Positions 1-20,161 of a stretch of DNA of 64,000 nt are shown here, piece after piece (the stretch's first letter is position 1; each line of letters starts with the position of its first letter). The translations under genes and the position numbers were made by a program. Where the stretch lies: NCBI GenBank assembly GCA_036172245.1, contig JAYWIR010000004.1:2170001-2234000 (forward strand), given 5' to 3'. The notes below the pieces were generated by a model. The model did not search any database and was not told where the DNA came from. It worked only from the letters and a program-made list of their open reading frames with translations. This DNA comes from Raillietiella orientalis. Its lineage: Eukaryota.

Positions 1-3000
1 GCTATCTTTGCTTTGTAGCCTGCCTAGATAAATTCGCTGCGCCTGACGTCTGGGATTCCAACTCGAAGAAAATCAACTCCTACAGTATCTACCATAATCT
101 CGATAAACACTGGCATTCCTTCCGTTTTCTGAGTCCTGCAGTTTTGATGCTCTAAAGCACTCGAGAGAACTGTTGAAAGCAATGAGGACTGAGGGACTGT
201 CCTCTAGTTGTCGATTCGCGAATCAGTTAAACCCTCTTTTTTTTAAAAAAAAATCCTTGAATTTCTCTTTTCGTTCGTTACATTTCAGTCCAAACCAACT
301 TGTTAATTTGGATTTCCATTACAAATCATTGATTAATTTGGAATATTCCATATCGCCGTTGGACCAGAATAAGAGTAATGCAAGTTCATTCTAAGAGAAT
401 TATACAAAGTTGAATGTAGCAGATTGTGATTGGCAGATTGCAACTGCTAGAAATAATATTAACATCTAAACAGATATTCTGGAAAGAATCTTGTTTACCA
501 CAGATTTCCACCTCAGTTTGCAAATATGTGAAATGACTTCAGCAGATGTGCTTTCCTGGGAAATATTTCATTTTCCGTGGTGCAGATGAGTTTGTATGAC
601 AGGCTTGGAAAGGGAATAAACGTCCCCTGGTGTGCAATCATCATTGATCAAGAAAGAAGTAGAGAACCAGAATACATTGATTCGGATGTCCGCATATGGT
701 TTACAGATTGTGCTCTCATTGTCTCCATTACTTGAGAAAGTCAAAGTCAGTTTCTTCAGTATGGATATTGAAATGACAGATGAGACAATTGTGGTCTCTA
801 GAATGAGGTTACTGCCATAATCAACAGATATGCACGCCAAAGATGCTCAGAATTTCATGGAGTTTTATGCCTTTTTTCAAGATTACTCTTTCAGAACATT
901 AACTCAACTCATCAAAAATGAAAGTCTCATGGAAAAAATTACATTTGAGTGACCTTTGAAATGGCCATTGAGTATGGCGCAGCCACTTGTGATTCGTTGG
1001 GGAAAGGATAAGCTGTAAAAACCTCCAATGTTTTGAGAAATAGAAATGAGAACTCTTGAAACTTTTGACCTCCAAACAAAGATTTAATTACTACCACAAA
1101 TGCAGTTTCTGAGACTAAAGAAGGCACAGACGGAACATCAGATTGGAATTGACCGCAGGGTATCTCGTTACCGAGCTAAAATTCAAGGGTTTGACAACCG
1201 ATGCAAGACTTTCATATGTAACTGCTTTGAATACGACTGTACCTTCTCCAGTGTCCACTCTTTGGAAAGAAGAATTTCACCAAATAAAAAAAGTTCTAAT
1301 GCTGAAGCAGGCCCCGAATCCCAAACAGCTTACCCTAATGTTGTGACAGATTATATGGACGTTGGGATAGCAGTTCTGCTGAGGTGAATTCTATCGTAAC
1401 CTTGCAATTTCAAGCGATCTGTTACTTTCCTTTGGCACTTGTTTCAAGAAAATAACATCATTCGTATTTACTCTAGTGAGAAACCATAATCCATGAACAC
1501 GAAAATCACTCTTTTCAAGCTACATCATCCTCACTTAAAGAAATCATCTGGAACTGTTTGCTAATTATTTATTACTGTTTTCTAATCCTAAACTACCATC
1601 TCACCTCACATCAGATTCGAAACTGATGATCATCTTGGAAGAGAACACATTTGCCTCTTCTTGGAGAAAAGAATAGTCTTCTGCTACCTCAGGATCGAAA
1701 TCGGAGACGATTCCAAAAACTCATTTCTACAGCCATCTTGGAACCAGGTTTCTAAAGCACTTGAAAAAGTTGCATCTGCAACTTTTTCAAGTGTTAAGAA
1801 CAACAGAAGAATAGAGCTGGATAAAGCCTTGGAACTATATGCATGACATCGAATCGAGAAAGATGATTGATTGCTTAGAGGACTCGGAAATATAAGAAAC
1901 TCTTGAAAGCGTGACTCCCTATACTTTTTGCATATTTTTTGCTTTTTTGCGAAGTATACCTTCTCCCCAATGGTAATATGCAATATGCAAGTAGCAGGTA
2001 TTAATTTTTCTGAGTAGCTGATCTGAGCATTGGAGCAGGTGCTGGTGTGACCAATGAAGACTACGCATAGTATATGGAGGTGAAACATCGAAACTGAAAA
2101 CAAAGCACAAAAAAACAAAGAAAACATAACGAAATTAGAAGAAATGTGAGGGGTGAAGAGATATGATTTATTGGCTCGTTGGTTTGTCGATTCTTTTACT
2201 CGTTGTAGTCGCTAAAGACGGTTGTGGTATGATCGACAAGAAATCAGTTGCAATGGTCTAGAGAGTCTTGCCGTAGAGATAACAAGGACTATTCGTTACT
2301 CTCCCCTAGAATGATCGATCAGAATCCCTACACGTGAGACTGCTGATCTGTCTGGTTTGCTCAATTGTCGTGGTGGCTTACAGAGTCAGCAGCTCTTTAA
2401 TAACCTAAGAATCCTTGTTCCAAGTAGAAATCTGGAGGAACCTACATCATAGAAATCAGGAAGTATTTTCATATAGAAATACATTTGTAACCATGGAGCA
2501 TTCCAGGAATGGAAAATCTCGATAAAGAGGTTTTTGTCCAAACACCGGATTTGCAAATAGGACCTATTCAGATGGATATATGCAAAAGGGGTGCTCTTGT
2601 TCATTAATGGGTACGCGATGATGAGGAAGAACTGTGAGATAGTACTGGTCAGTATCACCAACAACCACATCACCAATTTATCCCTAAAGAGAAAAAGAGA
2701 CATGAAACCAGACACTGATTTCCATCTAGAGAAAGGTAGGATGGTTTCGGGATGCAGTTTCCAATGATTTCACATATGGCAATGTACACTAACCAAGATA
2801 CAAAACATCCAGATCAAAGCGCATAATTGGCAAGAAATAAAGAAGAATATGACTGAAAATCGTACTTAGAATTGAAAGAGTGGGAAGGAAATTCATCTAT
2901 AAAATGGCCTATTCAGGCTGCAGATGAAGGAAATGAGGTCGAAAGGAGGCTAGAAAGAAATTGGAGTACTGATATTCACGCTAAATTCGAGTAACGTTCA

Positions 3001-6000
3001 GTAAGAAAAAATTGAGATTCTACAAAGAAAATGAGTCTCATCACTTTCTAGTATGATTACTGTACCGCGATCTTGTACAGTATTGCTCCACGTACTCTTG
3101 GAAACAACATAAAAGGTACACAGTTTGAATGCAAACGTGCTTGCTTAAAACTGATTAGTCCAAAATGTAATGGTTCCAGTGATCAACAGAGATTCCAATT
3201 TTTCAAAATAGTAATTGCCACTTTCAAACGAAAATTCCTATTCAACCCAAGAAACATAAATCAGATGTTGCTGTTGCATCAACATCCCAAGATACAATGC
3301 ATTGCTTAGCTTTATCTTCATAATCACCTTAAGATCGTTCCATACCACGTGTAATTGATAATGAAGAAGAAAGTCTTTGACCATTAACGTCGCATGTTTT
3401 TTCAAATATCTACTTCACCATCTTTCGTTACCCTCCAAGCATAAGAAGTACGTCGAAGTTACTCTTAATTGTCGAAGCAACTCCAAGAAGCCTTAGCACA
3501 TCAGATTATTAGGATGTACGAATTTTCAACAAACAAAGCAAAATGTTATTCCTTGCCCCGATGTTTCACATATCCAGATGTGTATACATGGAGTAAGTGT
3601 AGTTCTGTCTCACCCGTGTTGTAGAATGACGGTAATGATTACTATAAAGACGAAAGTCTTACAGAAAAAGTGCTCTCGCTCTAAAAGCGTGGAATCGTAT
3701 CCAGAAAATTAAATAGGAATGTTTCCAATTTAATAGAAGAAACCACATGGCTGAATTCTTCGGTCTAAGAATAGAACAATGGAAACAGAAGCTGCGGGAA
3801 CAAGCGTTTGTTTGTAGAGGGAACACAGTGATGTACCTTAGGCATATTTCTATATGGAAAATGCAACAATTCAATGCCTTCTAAAAGAATGCAATCAGAT
3901 TGTGCAAGATCTCGATACTGGGACTAATCTCATTGATGTTGATTGCTTGTTCCTCTCCGAGCTTCAGCTTAAAAACAGTCTTTTTTCCCCAAGAAAAATC
4001 AATTGAATGCATTGTATGTCATCTAACTGGAGGGAAAGAAAACGTGAGAGTATATCCTAATATTCTCAATGAGATGATTTAAAAATAATGCATTTATGGA
4101 GCATTTGCACTGCCGGTCAAAGTAATAACATTGCTTCCTGGTCTGTAGACAACAAAACATTGTCTCTTCGTCACCCTGTGGGATAACTGTGCTGATAAAA
4201 CATTCATTTTGCAAACATTTTTTCTCAAACTTTTCTCATCTTTTCCAGTCATTCACTTGGTAGCTGTTCAAAGGTTTTGCAAAAGATTTTGCAGGAAACC
4301 CAAAATATGAGGGCTACTCATGGAAAATTGCCTCAAGAACTAGAGTACGATAGGATACCGTGTGTCTGCTGAAAATTCACTCTTGCCCAGATGCTTTCTG
4401 TGACAGTTTGAGAGCTGTAAGGAATACCATCAGGAGATTTCGAAGATGGAGCAGTACAACTGAGTAAACAGAAGAATTCGTGGGGGCCTACTTTGGTTTA
4501 TAAAGAGGGAAAGGCAAACCAAATACTAGAGGTGCAGAAGTTGAAAAAAGACAACTTTCTTATGTACGCAGATTGTAATTGGCGTTTTATTCTTCATAAT
4601 CTTGTTAGCCAAAAATGAAAACTATACTTCTGCTTGCTTAGGGAAACCTTGTCATCTATTTCAGTGAGTATGCACGCAAAAACAACAACTGTGAAGGTTT
4701 CATGAGCCATACGAGATTTGATAAAGCACCAAAATTACATTCCTCGAATTTAGAGCACTGGGTAGAACGAAAACAAGTTTCTGTTGAGGCTTTTTATTTT
4801 GGAACGGTTACTTGTTCCATTTTACCTTGTTTTTGACCCATACTAATAACCGAGACCTCAAACCGAACGAAACTTTCCAAACATTTCATTGCTCTGCATG
4901 CAAAATGGAAGAAATAAGTACGAAGTGGTCTTTTGACTTGTTCCTAATGATGCAAACATGAAAGTACAAGTCATTTTTGTTGTTCCTATTTATTTATGTG
5001 CATGCAGAGTATAAACCTCAACAAAAGATGACGGCATATTTTCCAAGAACCCTTCTCAAGAAATTTTTGCACGTACATATATGTATGAATGTCCGTATAT
5101 TCGTATAAAGTTAAGACATCAAAAGTACAAAAGTGAGAAGAAAGGAAACGATCAGGACTTCCTCAAAGTTCCACGTTAGCCTTACCAATGTTTTGTGTAC
5201 GCTGAATGTTTGTATAGAATGTAGATTACACTGTTGAGGGCTTTATTCTTAAAATGCAAATGTTGTGGAGATCGCTAATATTGGTAAAGGAAGTTATGAT
5301 TTGGATGTGAGTAAATTGTCCGTGACAGGTAATGTAGGAACTTTGTTTAGGTTGTAAGGAGCCTTTCGGTGGATCATGTCATCATATTGAGCAGTGGAGG
5401 ACAATAGGGATGATATAGTGTTGACATTGAATTGTATGGCGATTAACATGTTTGGGAAAGCGCGTTTTGGAGAGTACAAAATAGAATGCAGTAAACCTAG
5501 GGAAACACATGTTACTGGTGTAATGGCTTTTTCCGAACTTGAGAATTGTGAAGAACAGTGTAAAGGCATTCCACTTCAGATCTCAGTTACGACGAAGCGG
5601 CACCGTGCGTTTACCGAGAAAACTTTCTGTGAATGTTTGCATGAAAAGTACAGAAACGTATTTCGAGCCACAGGCTTTCTGCAGAAATGTTACCCCGAGT
5701 AAAAGTTATGTTGTGTTCATTTAAAAGCAGAACATGGTAGAAATCTGTGATTTGATTTGTGCGCAATTGTAACAGTGGTTTTCTACTCCTGATGTAAATA
5801 AGATGTTGCTGTGTAACCATGTATTTCTCCTGTCAGTGTATCAGTGTCTACGTTGTTTGTTACTGATCGTCACAATGGAAACGATGTCTCGTTAAAAATC
5901 GACTTTAATTGGATGTATTCTCCAAGCAAGTTTCGGATATTTGCTGAATGACCATTGCAATTGTCAGTACAGCTCACATTTCCACTCTTAGTTATGTATT

Positions 6001-6271
6001 GTTCTGATGTGATCAGTATATAAATCACAGGACCATTTTTTTCTTCCTTGAATAGCAATGGCTCTATCCAGCCAAACAAGATTCCATAATATTAAATTTT
6101 AGACCTGAAGTTTGCGTTGTAATAATAACATTGATTTCAGCAGAACGTACTGTAGATATTGCATTGTCTAATTCCTTTTTAATCACATCAGGATTTATTC
6201 GTGATCAGTAGAGTATTGTAATATCAATTATTTATTTCGTAGAAGCAATAAGAATACCTAAAAGTGATTAG

Positions 6272-12794
<6,523 letters not shown>

Positions 12795-15700
12795 TTGTAC
12801 TGATAATCCATCATTGCAAATATTTTAAGTTACATCAACATAATATCATCAGTATTCTTTTGCAGCAGATAAGATTAAGAAGACTGTAATACCTTTATTG
12901 GTCTGTAAGAATTGTATTCTGTTCAACTGCTCTTTGAACCATCCATTCTTCAAATCATAAAAATTCGAAATACTCAGTAGTCAGTACAAACTCTACTTTC
13001 CTGTAAAACATTATAAATATTTGAAGCTTTACTATTTCAATACTCTTCTGACTATTTCAATTGTGAAATGTTAAATATCATGGCTGCAACGTAATAAAAT
13101 TATGAAACCTGTTAATCAGTTGTACATTTAATGTAACCTTTTTCATAATTTCATTCAATTTCAAAGAACTTATTGAAAGTTTCATTAAGGCAAGCTGTTG
13201 TTGTACCATGGGCAAAGATTTATTATTTCCACTATTGTATCAAATTTTCTCTAAAATACACCATTTGTAATGATTTTGTTTTGTCCTAATTATTAAAAAT
13301 TTTTATCTCTAACAGAGCGGATTGCTTCCTTTTGATTTAGATAAAACATTAGTCTGCACTTTCTGCAGAACTCAGTAAATGCTACTTTTACATCAAATTT
13401 TTAAAAGCATATAATTTATTGCAAAACAAAAGAAATAATTAAGAACTGCCATTTGAATGCTGAACAATACGAAGATGGCATAAGAGGGCTTTCAAAATTT
13501 TAAACTGTTAATGAATTGAGAAAACAATAAAAGTAGTCTTAACACTGATCAGTCTCTTATGATTTTATGAATGCTAGAGGAGCCAAATTAAAATGTTTCG
13601 AAAATTTTCACGAGAAGCCAAATAACAAATAAAGTGTCATGTAATATGAACGATAAAAATGATTGAAGAAGAACCACATTCCTTATTCGAGATTTAAAAG
13701 GAACTAACCGAGATATCCCAGTGGTCATTAGAATCCCCTGTAAATGTAATTCTTTTACTTGGTACCCTGAACCCTGTCAAGATTGGTGTCAGAGCATCAG
13801 CAGTTTCTTCGGTAGTAAAATTGTAGCTGTACTGTGAGGAGAAGTAGGAATATAGGCAGAGTATACTTAAAGCTTTCCAAATTCCCAGATCTTTCGTTAC
13901 GACAGGAAAAATTTGATTCAGAGTCGAAGGAGTTGAAGGGTTTCCGAGAAAAATGTGCACTTTCTGTTTATTTATACAAAACGATGTATGTTCTTAATAC
14001 GAAAGGCCCACAATGGGAAAAATTTTCCATACCTAAACTCTTTGTCGATGCATCTTGAAGAACATAATTTTATGGAAACCGAAGAACAGAAATATTTGAC
14101 ATTAACCACGAATTAAATTATAGCCGATACCCATTTGTTTCCTCTAATGCTTTGGAATTGACCGTCCTTTTGGGGGGAGAATGCACTGACGTGTAAAGAG
14201 CACGTTTTTGTGTAGTTTGCATTAGTTAAGTTGGGTACACGGGAGCTCAAATTTGAGGAACCTTATTTTATTGTAAATTGGGTTTTGGGTTAAACGAATT
14301 GGATTTCGAAAACAGTCACAGGGGGTAAGTGCGTTCAACTGAAACCTGTGAATTCACTAACTGTAACTACTATCAAACGAATAACTATCGAAAATCCATA
14401 AATACGAAGTAATATGACGTGCTTCATAAATGAGACAAGTGCATAAATTGCGAATGGGACTTTTTCTTTGTAAGTAAAACAGTGTACTACGACAATTTAG
14501 CAGAAATGCCCTAGCATTACCATTCATCAACATCTGAAGTGTACCTCTATTTTGTTGCAAATTTACGTATATTTAAAGATAATAAAGTGTAATAGCTTTG
14601 GTAGAACTAAATTTTCGCTCATTCTGTTTGCTGCTGAAGGCATGAAGTTTGCTATTGTAATTTGTGTGCTTTTATCATCTTCCAGCTGTAGAAGTGATAT
14701 AGCATTTTACCTTGTTTATAAGTCATATCTCTGAGTGTAAACCACTTACGTAACTTGTGATTTTAATAAAAATAAGAATTACTCGTTTTTAATCAGTACC
14801 AAGCCGTGTTACATATTCAATCCATAGTCTTAGTCCACAGAACAGTTCCTCACCAAACAAATCCTGCTTGTGTAGGTTCAAAAAGGTTTAAGTGAATTAG
14901 TAGGCAAAACAGGAAATGGTAGGTAAACACTTAAACGGAATGAATTAGAGTGCCATAGGATTTGTAAAAATAATTTGCCCATCTGTTCATATCCTGTGTA
15001 TCACAGTTAAGTTATTTTTTTAAGTCCTAGTCATCCAAAGTACGTTCTGAGCTCACTTTATTTTGTGGATTTTAATTTAAACATTTTATCTGCCTGTAAC
15101 ATCAATGCACTCTTGATTGATGATGCAAAAACTAATCAAACATTTGATATATTGGTTTAAGTGATAAACATATGAGCAATAAAACGATTTACGTTCTGTA
15201 AGTCTCTAAATACTTATACTTAAGTATCATAATCTGTAAATTATCGACATCCCATGAATGTAACGGATTTAGGGTGTTGATAAACACCCAAAATCATCAT
15301 GGACATTTGTTTCTTTTGTCGTTTTCAAAAAAAAAATTGGACATTTAGTTATGTTCCAATTCTTATTGTCTCTAGTGGTATTCACATCTTACTAAATTAA
15401 ATAACTGACATTGTTAATTATATAAGTAGTAACTGTAAGAAATTATAAATAAAGATAAATATGCATTCTGACTACATATTTTCCTTAATGTCAGTGCTGC
15501 TTGCCCTTCATGTTTTGGAATAATTGATGTCTGTGTTGAAAAAATTAAAGCATCTTTTTGAGTAACTGCAAAATTTGCAAGTGTACTGAAATAATGCAAA
15601 CCATTAGAATTGAGTGCTGTTCTGTAACATCATTTTATTTCATCCAGACTTTGATGAATAACTTGAAATGTAGTTAGATGGTGTACACAAATAAAACATA

Positions 15701-16119
15701 AAAGCATCAAACTAGACATGTGAATATTTTTAAGTGATGATACTGAGGTGATAGCCAACACATATTTTAGTTTGAGAAAATAGTAGCATTTCTTGGCATT
15801 ATATAAACTTAACTTACATATTCATTTCTTGTAAGACAGTATCAACTGAAGGGCACCATAAAACATGACTTGAAATTCTGCATGCTGTTTAAATTTTAAC
15901 ATTCAACAAATGAATGCTCCTATTAAATCTTTAAAATGATCATTACATTAATCTTATCCTGTAACTATTTCCTGTAACCTCTACTGAGAAAATTGCAGCA
16001 GCTACTGACAATTTGTGAAACTCTTCTCTAGCACGGGTAGTAAATGTGATCTGAAGGCATATTTTGTCATAATGTTGAAACTTATGATTAATTGATCACT
16101 TTTTTGCTGTAATAGTATA

Positions 16120-16836
16120 TCATTGATTTGAGGGATCTTTTCCATTTTCAGCATGTGTACTATGTTCTTCACATGCAATTTTCACACTTGAAGTTTTATC
16201 TTTTGGTGCACAACCTTCTTTGTATAATTTTAATACAGCATTCGGAACATCCTTTTTAAGTTCGGGTGGTTTATAGTTCTTTACATGATCTACTCTAATA
16301 GTTCTGTTGAGAAGCTAACGAGCAGTAAATAACACCTTTCTGCAAACACACTTACTTTTATGCCATTAAAGTTATCAACAGCCAAAACAGTACTTCTTTG
16401 GTCCTCATAGCATAAAAAAGCAAATCCTTTTGATTTGCCAGTTTTTTGATCTCTCACAAGATTTATGTTTACGATCTCTCCGTATCTACAAACTTTCATA
16501 TTAAATAGTATATCACAATTCATTCTTACTGTGAAAACACTGTGATTATATCACCTTCAGTAAGATCAAAGGGCAAACCACCAACATAAATCCAAGCACT
16601 ATCTTTATAGATGTTATGCCAAGATGCTGAACCTTTTATTCCCATTTGTATTTCTTTCTCTGTTAGCTCGTTGATAAGTTTTACTTTGCTGAAAAGTAAA
16701 ACACTGTAATAATACCATTCACCAAAAAAGTGCATACGCATTCACTTTTCATTAGTGCAGATATCTTTCCTTATCATGCTATTACTTTACCACATTGCAA
16801 TTGGGACAAAATCATTACTTACGTTAGGGAATTCAT
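16120..16836 (-). CDS. RBMX2: RBMX2/Snu17/Ist3 RRM protein (RES splicing complex), 165 aa, 4 exons
   Basis: Exons 16836-16823, 16688-16530, 16485-16356, 16314-16120 (498 nt). [13 protein letters not shown]...[86 protein letters not shown] is the RBMX2 signature. Confidence 0.95.
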
Positions 16837-18449
16837 TATCCTCAATACTTTGGTTCCAAATACAAGTTTCTGTTAAAGTAGTTCTATACAATCACAAATA
16901 CACTTCCATTAGATTCTATGTGCGCATTGCTTCATGTTCCACAATACACATGGAATCACATTTCAAAACAACTGCAATCACTACGACTTTTCGAACAAGT
17001 ATACGAATTCAGACTTCTATGTGCTGGCTTACCATAAAAATACAGCATAAATCAATAACTCTCCACGAACAATGACAAAACAAATATCAAATTAGAACAA
17101 AATTATGACAAACCAACGTATACGCAATACTGCTTCATGTAACAAAACAGCAAAGGCCCACTAATGCTTACCGATGACATGGATGGACATGCTCATATTT
17201 AATAAAACCCACTGATTAAAGCACATATTGATTAAAACTCGAACCACCATGATCAAAAACAATTATTGCTTCTTAGTCACTGAATTAATCAATGTTTGCC
17301 GAACTGATAGTTGCAGTAGGCGGCTAATAGTGTACTTAAAACAACGCAACATTCTTTATAAAAAAGACAAATTTTAAATTTGTGATTCTCCCCATAGAAC
17401 ACTTGAATTACACTGCAACTCTATGTCAACTTGAAATCATGAAACATTTTCCCCTATATTCTGTTTCATCCGGCATTGGTCAGGAGCTCTTCATTTAGCT
17501 TGAATAAACGTCAAATATGAAAGATTGAATGCAAGAGTGCATTCCAGAAGTAAACTAAATCCCTTACAACTGAACTTGTACATCACTATGGCAATACTTT
17601 CATCACAGTTGCTGTTATCTGCATCGATTGTGTGGCTTAAGTGCTTAATTCAAAAGAGATTTGGTGATCGCTAAAAACTGAAAAAATAAAAATTTGTTTT
17701 TGATCTTTTGGTTTAAATTTCGTGCAGCGTGCGTTGCAAGCGACTAACGAATCTCAACATACAAAAGGGAAGCTTTCAAACTTGTACTCAAAAACATGTT
17801 TATGAGAAAGCCAGGTTTTGAGATTTGAGGTTGATTTACCGTCTCCCTACCTACTACAAATGCAATACTCCACTACCCAGTGGAAACGAGTGTGAGGAGA
17901 TGATTAAGAAAAAGAAAGGAATCTGAAGCAGAATATGTGCCCTTCCGTGTGTAGGTGTTAGGAAAGTAGCCCAGTTACAACATAAAGTAACAGTACATCA
18001 AAATCACGTAACGTCGCTGAATTTACCACTTTTTCTCTTGGGGACGTATGTGCATCAGTAACTTGGTAAAACGAGTCTGTATTCATTGATTACGGTGTCC
18101 TTGACAAAAAAAGCTATTCCTAGTTTGAAAAAAAGCATTTCTTACTGCTGATAAAACTGTTGAAACTATGCAGTCATGGGAATGATTTCGTAACCTTTGA
18201 ATCTATGTCTACCCAGAAAGTGTCACTAAAATCTATTTTAAAATTCTAATCTAAATTGCTTGGTATTCCATACCACACTCTTTGCTTCACATATTGTAGA
18301 GTGAGAGACATAAGAATTATGGAAGAATTTCCATAGAAAAATCAAGTTTTCTTTAGGGAGTACATGTAAGTGGAGGTATACACTAAGGCGATAGGTTGCA
18401 AATTCTACAGTTCATTATTATACATGATATGTGAAGAATGTTTAAACAT

Positions 18450-19680
18450 TTGCACCGCTCTGGGGACGGAGATGGCACAGGAGTGAAACCAATCGAGTCA
18501 GCAATCCAGCTCACGACTTCGGCAACTCCTGGAAGCATGAAGAACCGGCACGAGCGGCTCTACGTTGCTCAGAGAGCCTAAGGCATAGTCCTGTACGGAT
18601 CCAAAGGCGTAATGAAAGCCCTGGTGGCCAAAGATGACAAGTGAAATTCACTCTATTCCACATAGTCACGGAAAAGGCAGATAGTAAACATTTACCAGCT
18701 GAAAATAGTACTCATGTGAAAAGGACTCTGAGATGAAGAATTGGCTCTTGTGATTTCTGCTTCGTCATATCGACGTGGGGTCCAATGGATACTGAGGAAG
18801 CATATTGCGACATTCACAAGGATCGGAAACCGCCACGAGATGCGGTTCTTCCAGTGCATGACGAACAGGAGAGGTAGAGTGACCTACAGGACCTGGGAAT
18901 TTTGCAAGAATCACAAGAAAAATGGATCATCGCTCAGAGAGCCAACTGGAATGATAGCGTTAGAAGACCGGACGCGGCAGAAGAGGTCGTTATTGCAACA
19001 GTACATCGCTTCCTCACAACTCAAATGAAGTTCAAAGCGATCAGATCGGTGATCTGGGGAATGGACTTACCATTGGACACGATAGATGGGCTTCCGCTTT
19101 TCTAGCAACGAGGTCTCTGTGTGGTGTCCACTCAGACCCTACACCGTGAGAAGTCAGGATGAAACCTGCAAAGCGTGTGGCGAATGGGAAACCCAACACT
19201 TCATGCTCATCTGCCGAACATTGGCCGACGACTGGATAGAGATATGACAGGTGACAGGCCTTCAGAATGTGCTACTAATGGAGATCCCGAGTGGTCTCGT
19301 CCACAGGAATCGAATGGACTCCGCATACAAGCTCATGATGTGGACCACCTTAGCTTTCTTCAAAACCAGCATCATGGTGAGAAGGTGAAAGTTATTCTAA
19401 GAAAAAAAGGGACCGGACCTGGATCTTGCAACCAGGGTGAAGGAGCTCAGGATACACAATTGAGGAAAGGTGCCTACATAGACTCTCGGGCACATCCTGC
19501 AGAAACTGCAGATGACCTGATGAGTGCTAAGCAGCACCACTACTCCTCTCCACCTTTCCAAAAGAGACCATCCGTAAGTGAACAGCGTTAGGACAACACC
19601 GGAATGCGACATTCAGCGTGGCCCTCAGTGCAAAATGTAGTCATTCGCAAGTGTTGTTGAAACTTGGTTAAAAGTGTGTT
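18450..19680 (+). mobile_element. Decayed L1/Tx1-like non-LTR retrotransposon, 3' part of ORF2
   Basis: GC-richer island with stops and frameshifts. It carries a CCHC knuckle TCKACGEWETQHFMLICRTLADDW (~19165-19240), typical of the L1/Tx1 ORF2 C-terminus, and an upstream LYVAQRA*GIVL...KALVAK motif resembling L..P...GGLGL...AL..K. Boundaries approximate. Confidence 0.6.
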
Positions 19681-20161
19681 TAAAGCTCTTTTAATTTTTG
19701 TTAAAAATTAAAGTCGAGATAAATACATGCAACCCGCCTCCTGTCGGACTGAGGAAAACTGTGAAAAATGTTTAATTGAGTGTCGTGTGGATCCTCGATA
19801 AAGCAATGAAATCCCCTTAAAAGCAGTGATATTATGCGAAGAGGATGCAAATATTTCTTTATTATCTTGAGAAAACCGAACATTTTTCATATTGAAAACC
19901 GTGTGATTGAATATTTATACGGTTTCTCCAATCATCATTTCAGAACAGAGAATTGTGGATTTTAAAACTCACTATTTATCAACGCTTCTATAAGAAGATA
20001 GTGGTACCTACTCCTCTCAAATTGCGCGTTTTCAATTGTTGAGTGGTTGTTATACCATACTCTAATGATGGTGTAAACTAATAGTATTCCATTTGGACGT
20101 ACACAGAATTATATTCCTACAAATCCTCTAAATAGCTTGTGTGTTTTATAAGCAAATGATC

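Noticed and set aside
16120..16314. RBMX2 lacking the long Lys/Arg-rich tail of vertebrates
   Set aside because: Short RBMX2/Snu17 forms are known in insects and yeast; not unusual.
20040..20060. Possible RFX X-box upstream of NME7 (and similar near TTC26)
   Set aside because: The second half-site does not match RGYAAC; too weak to call.
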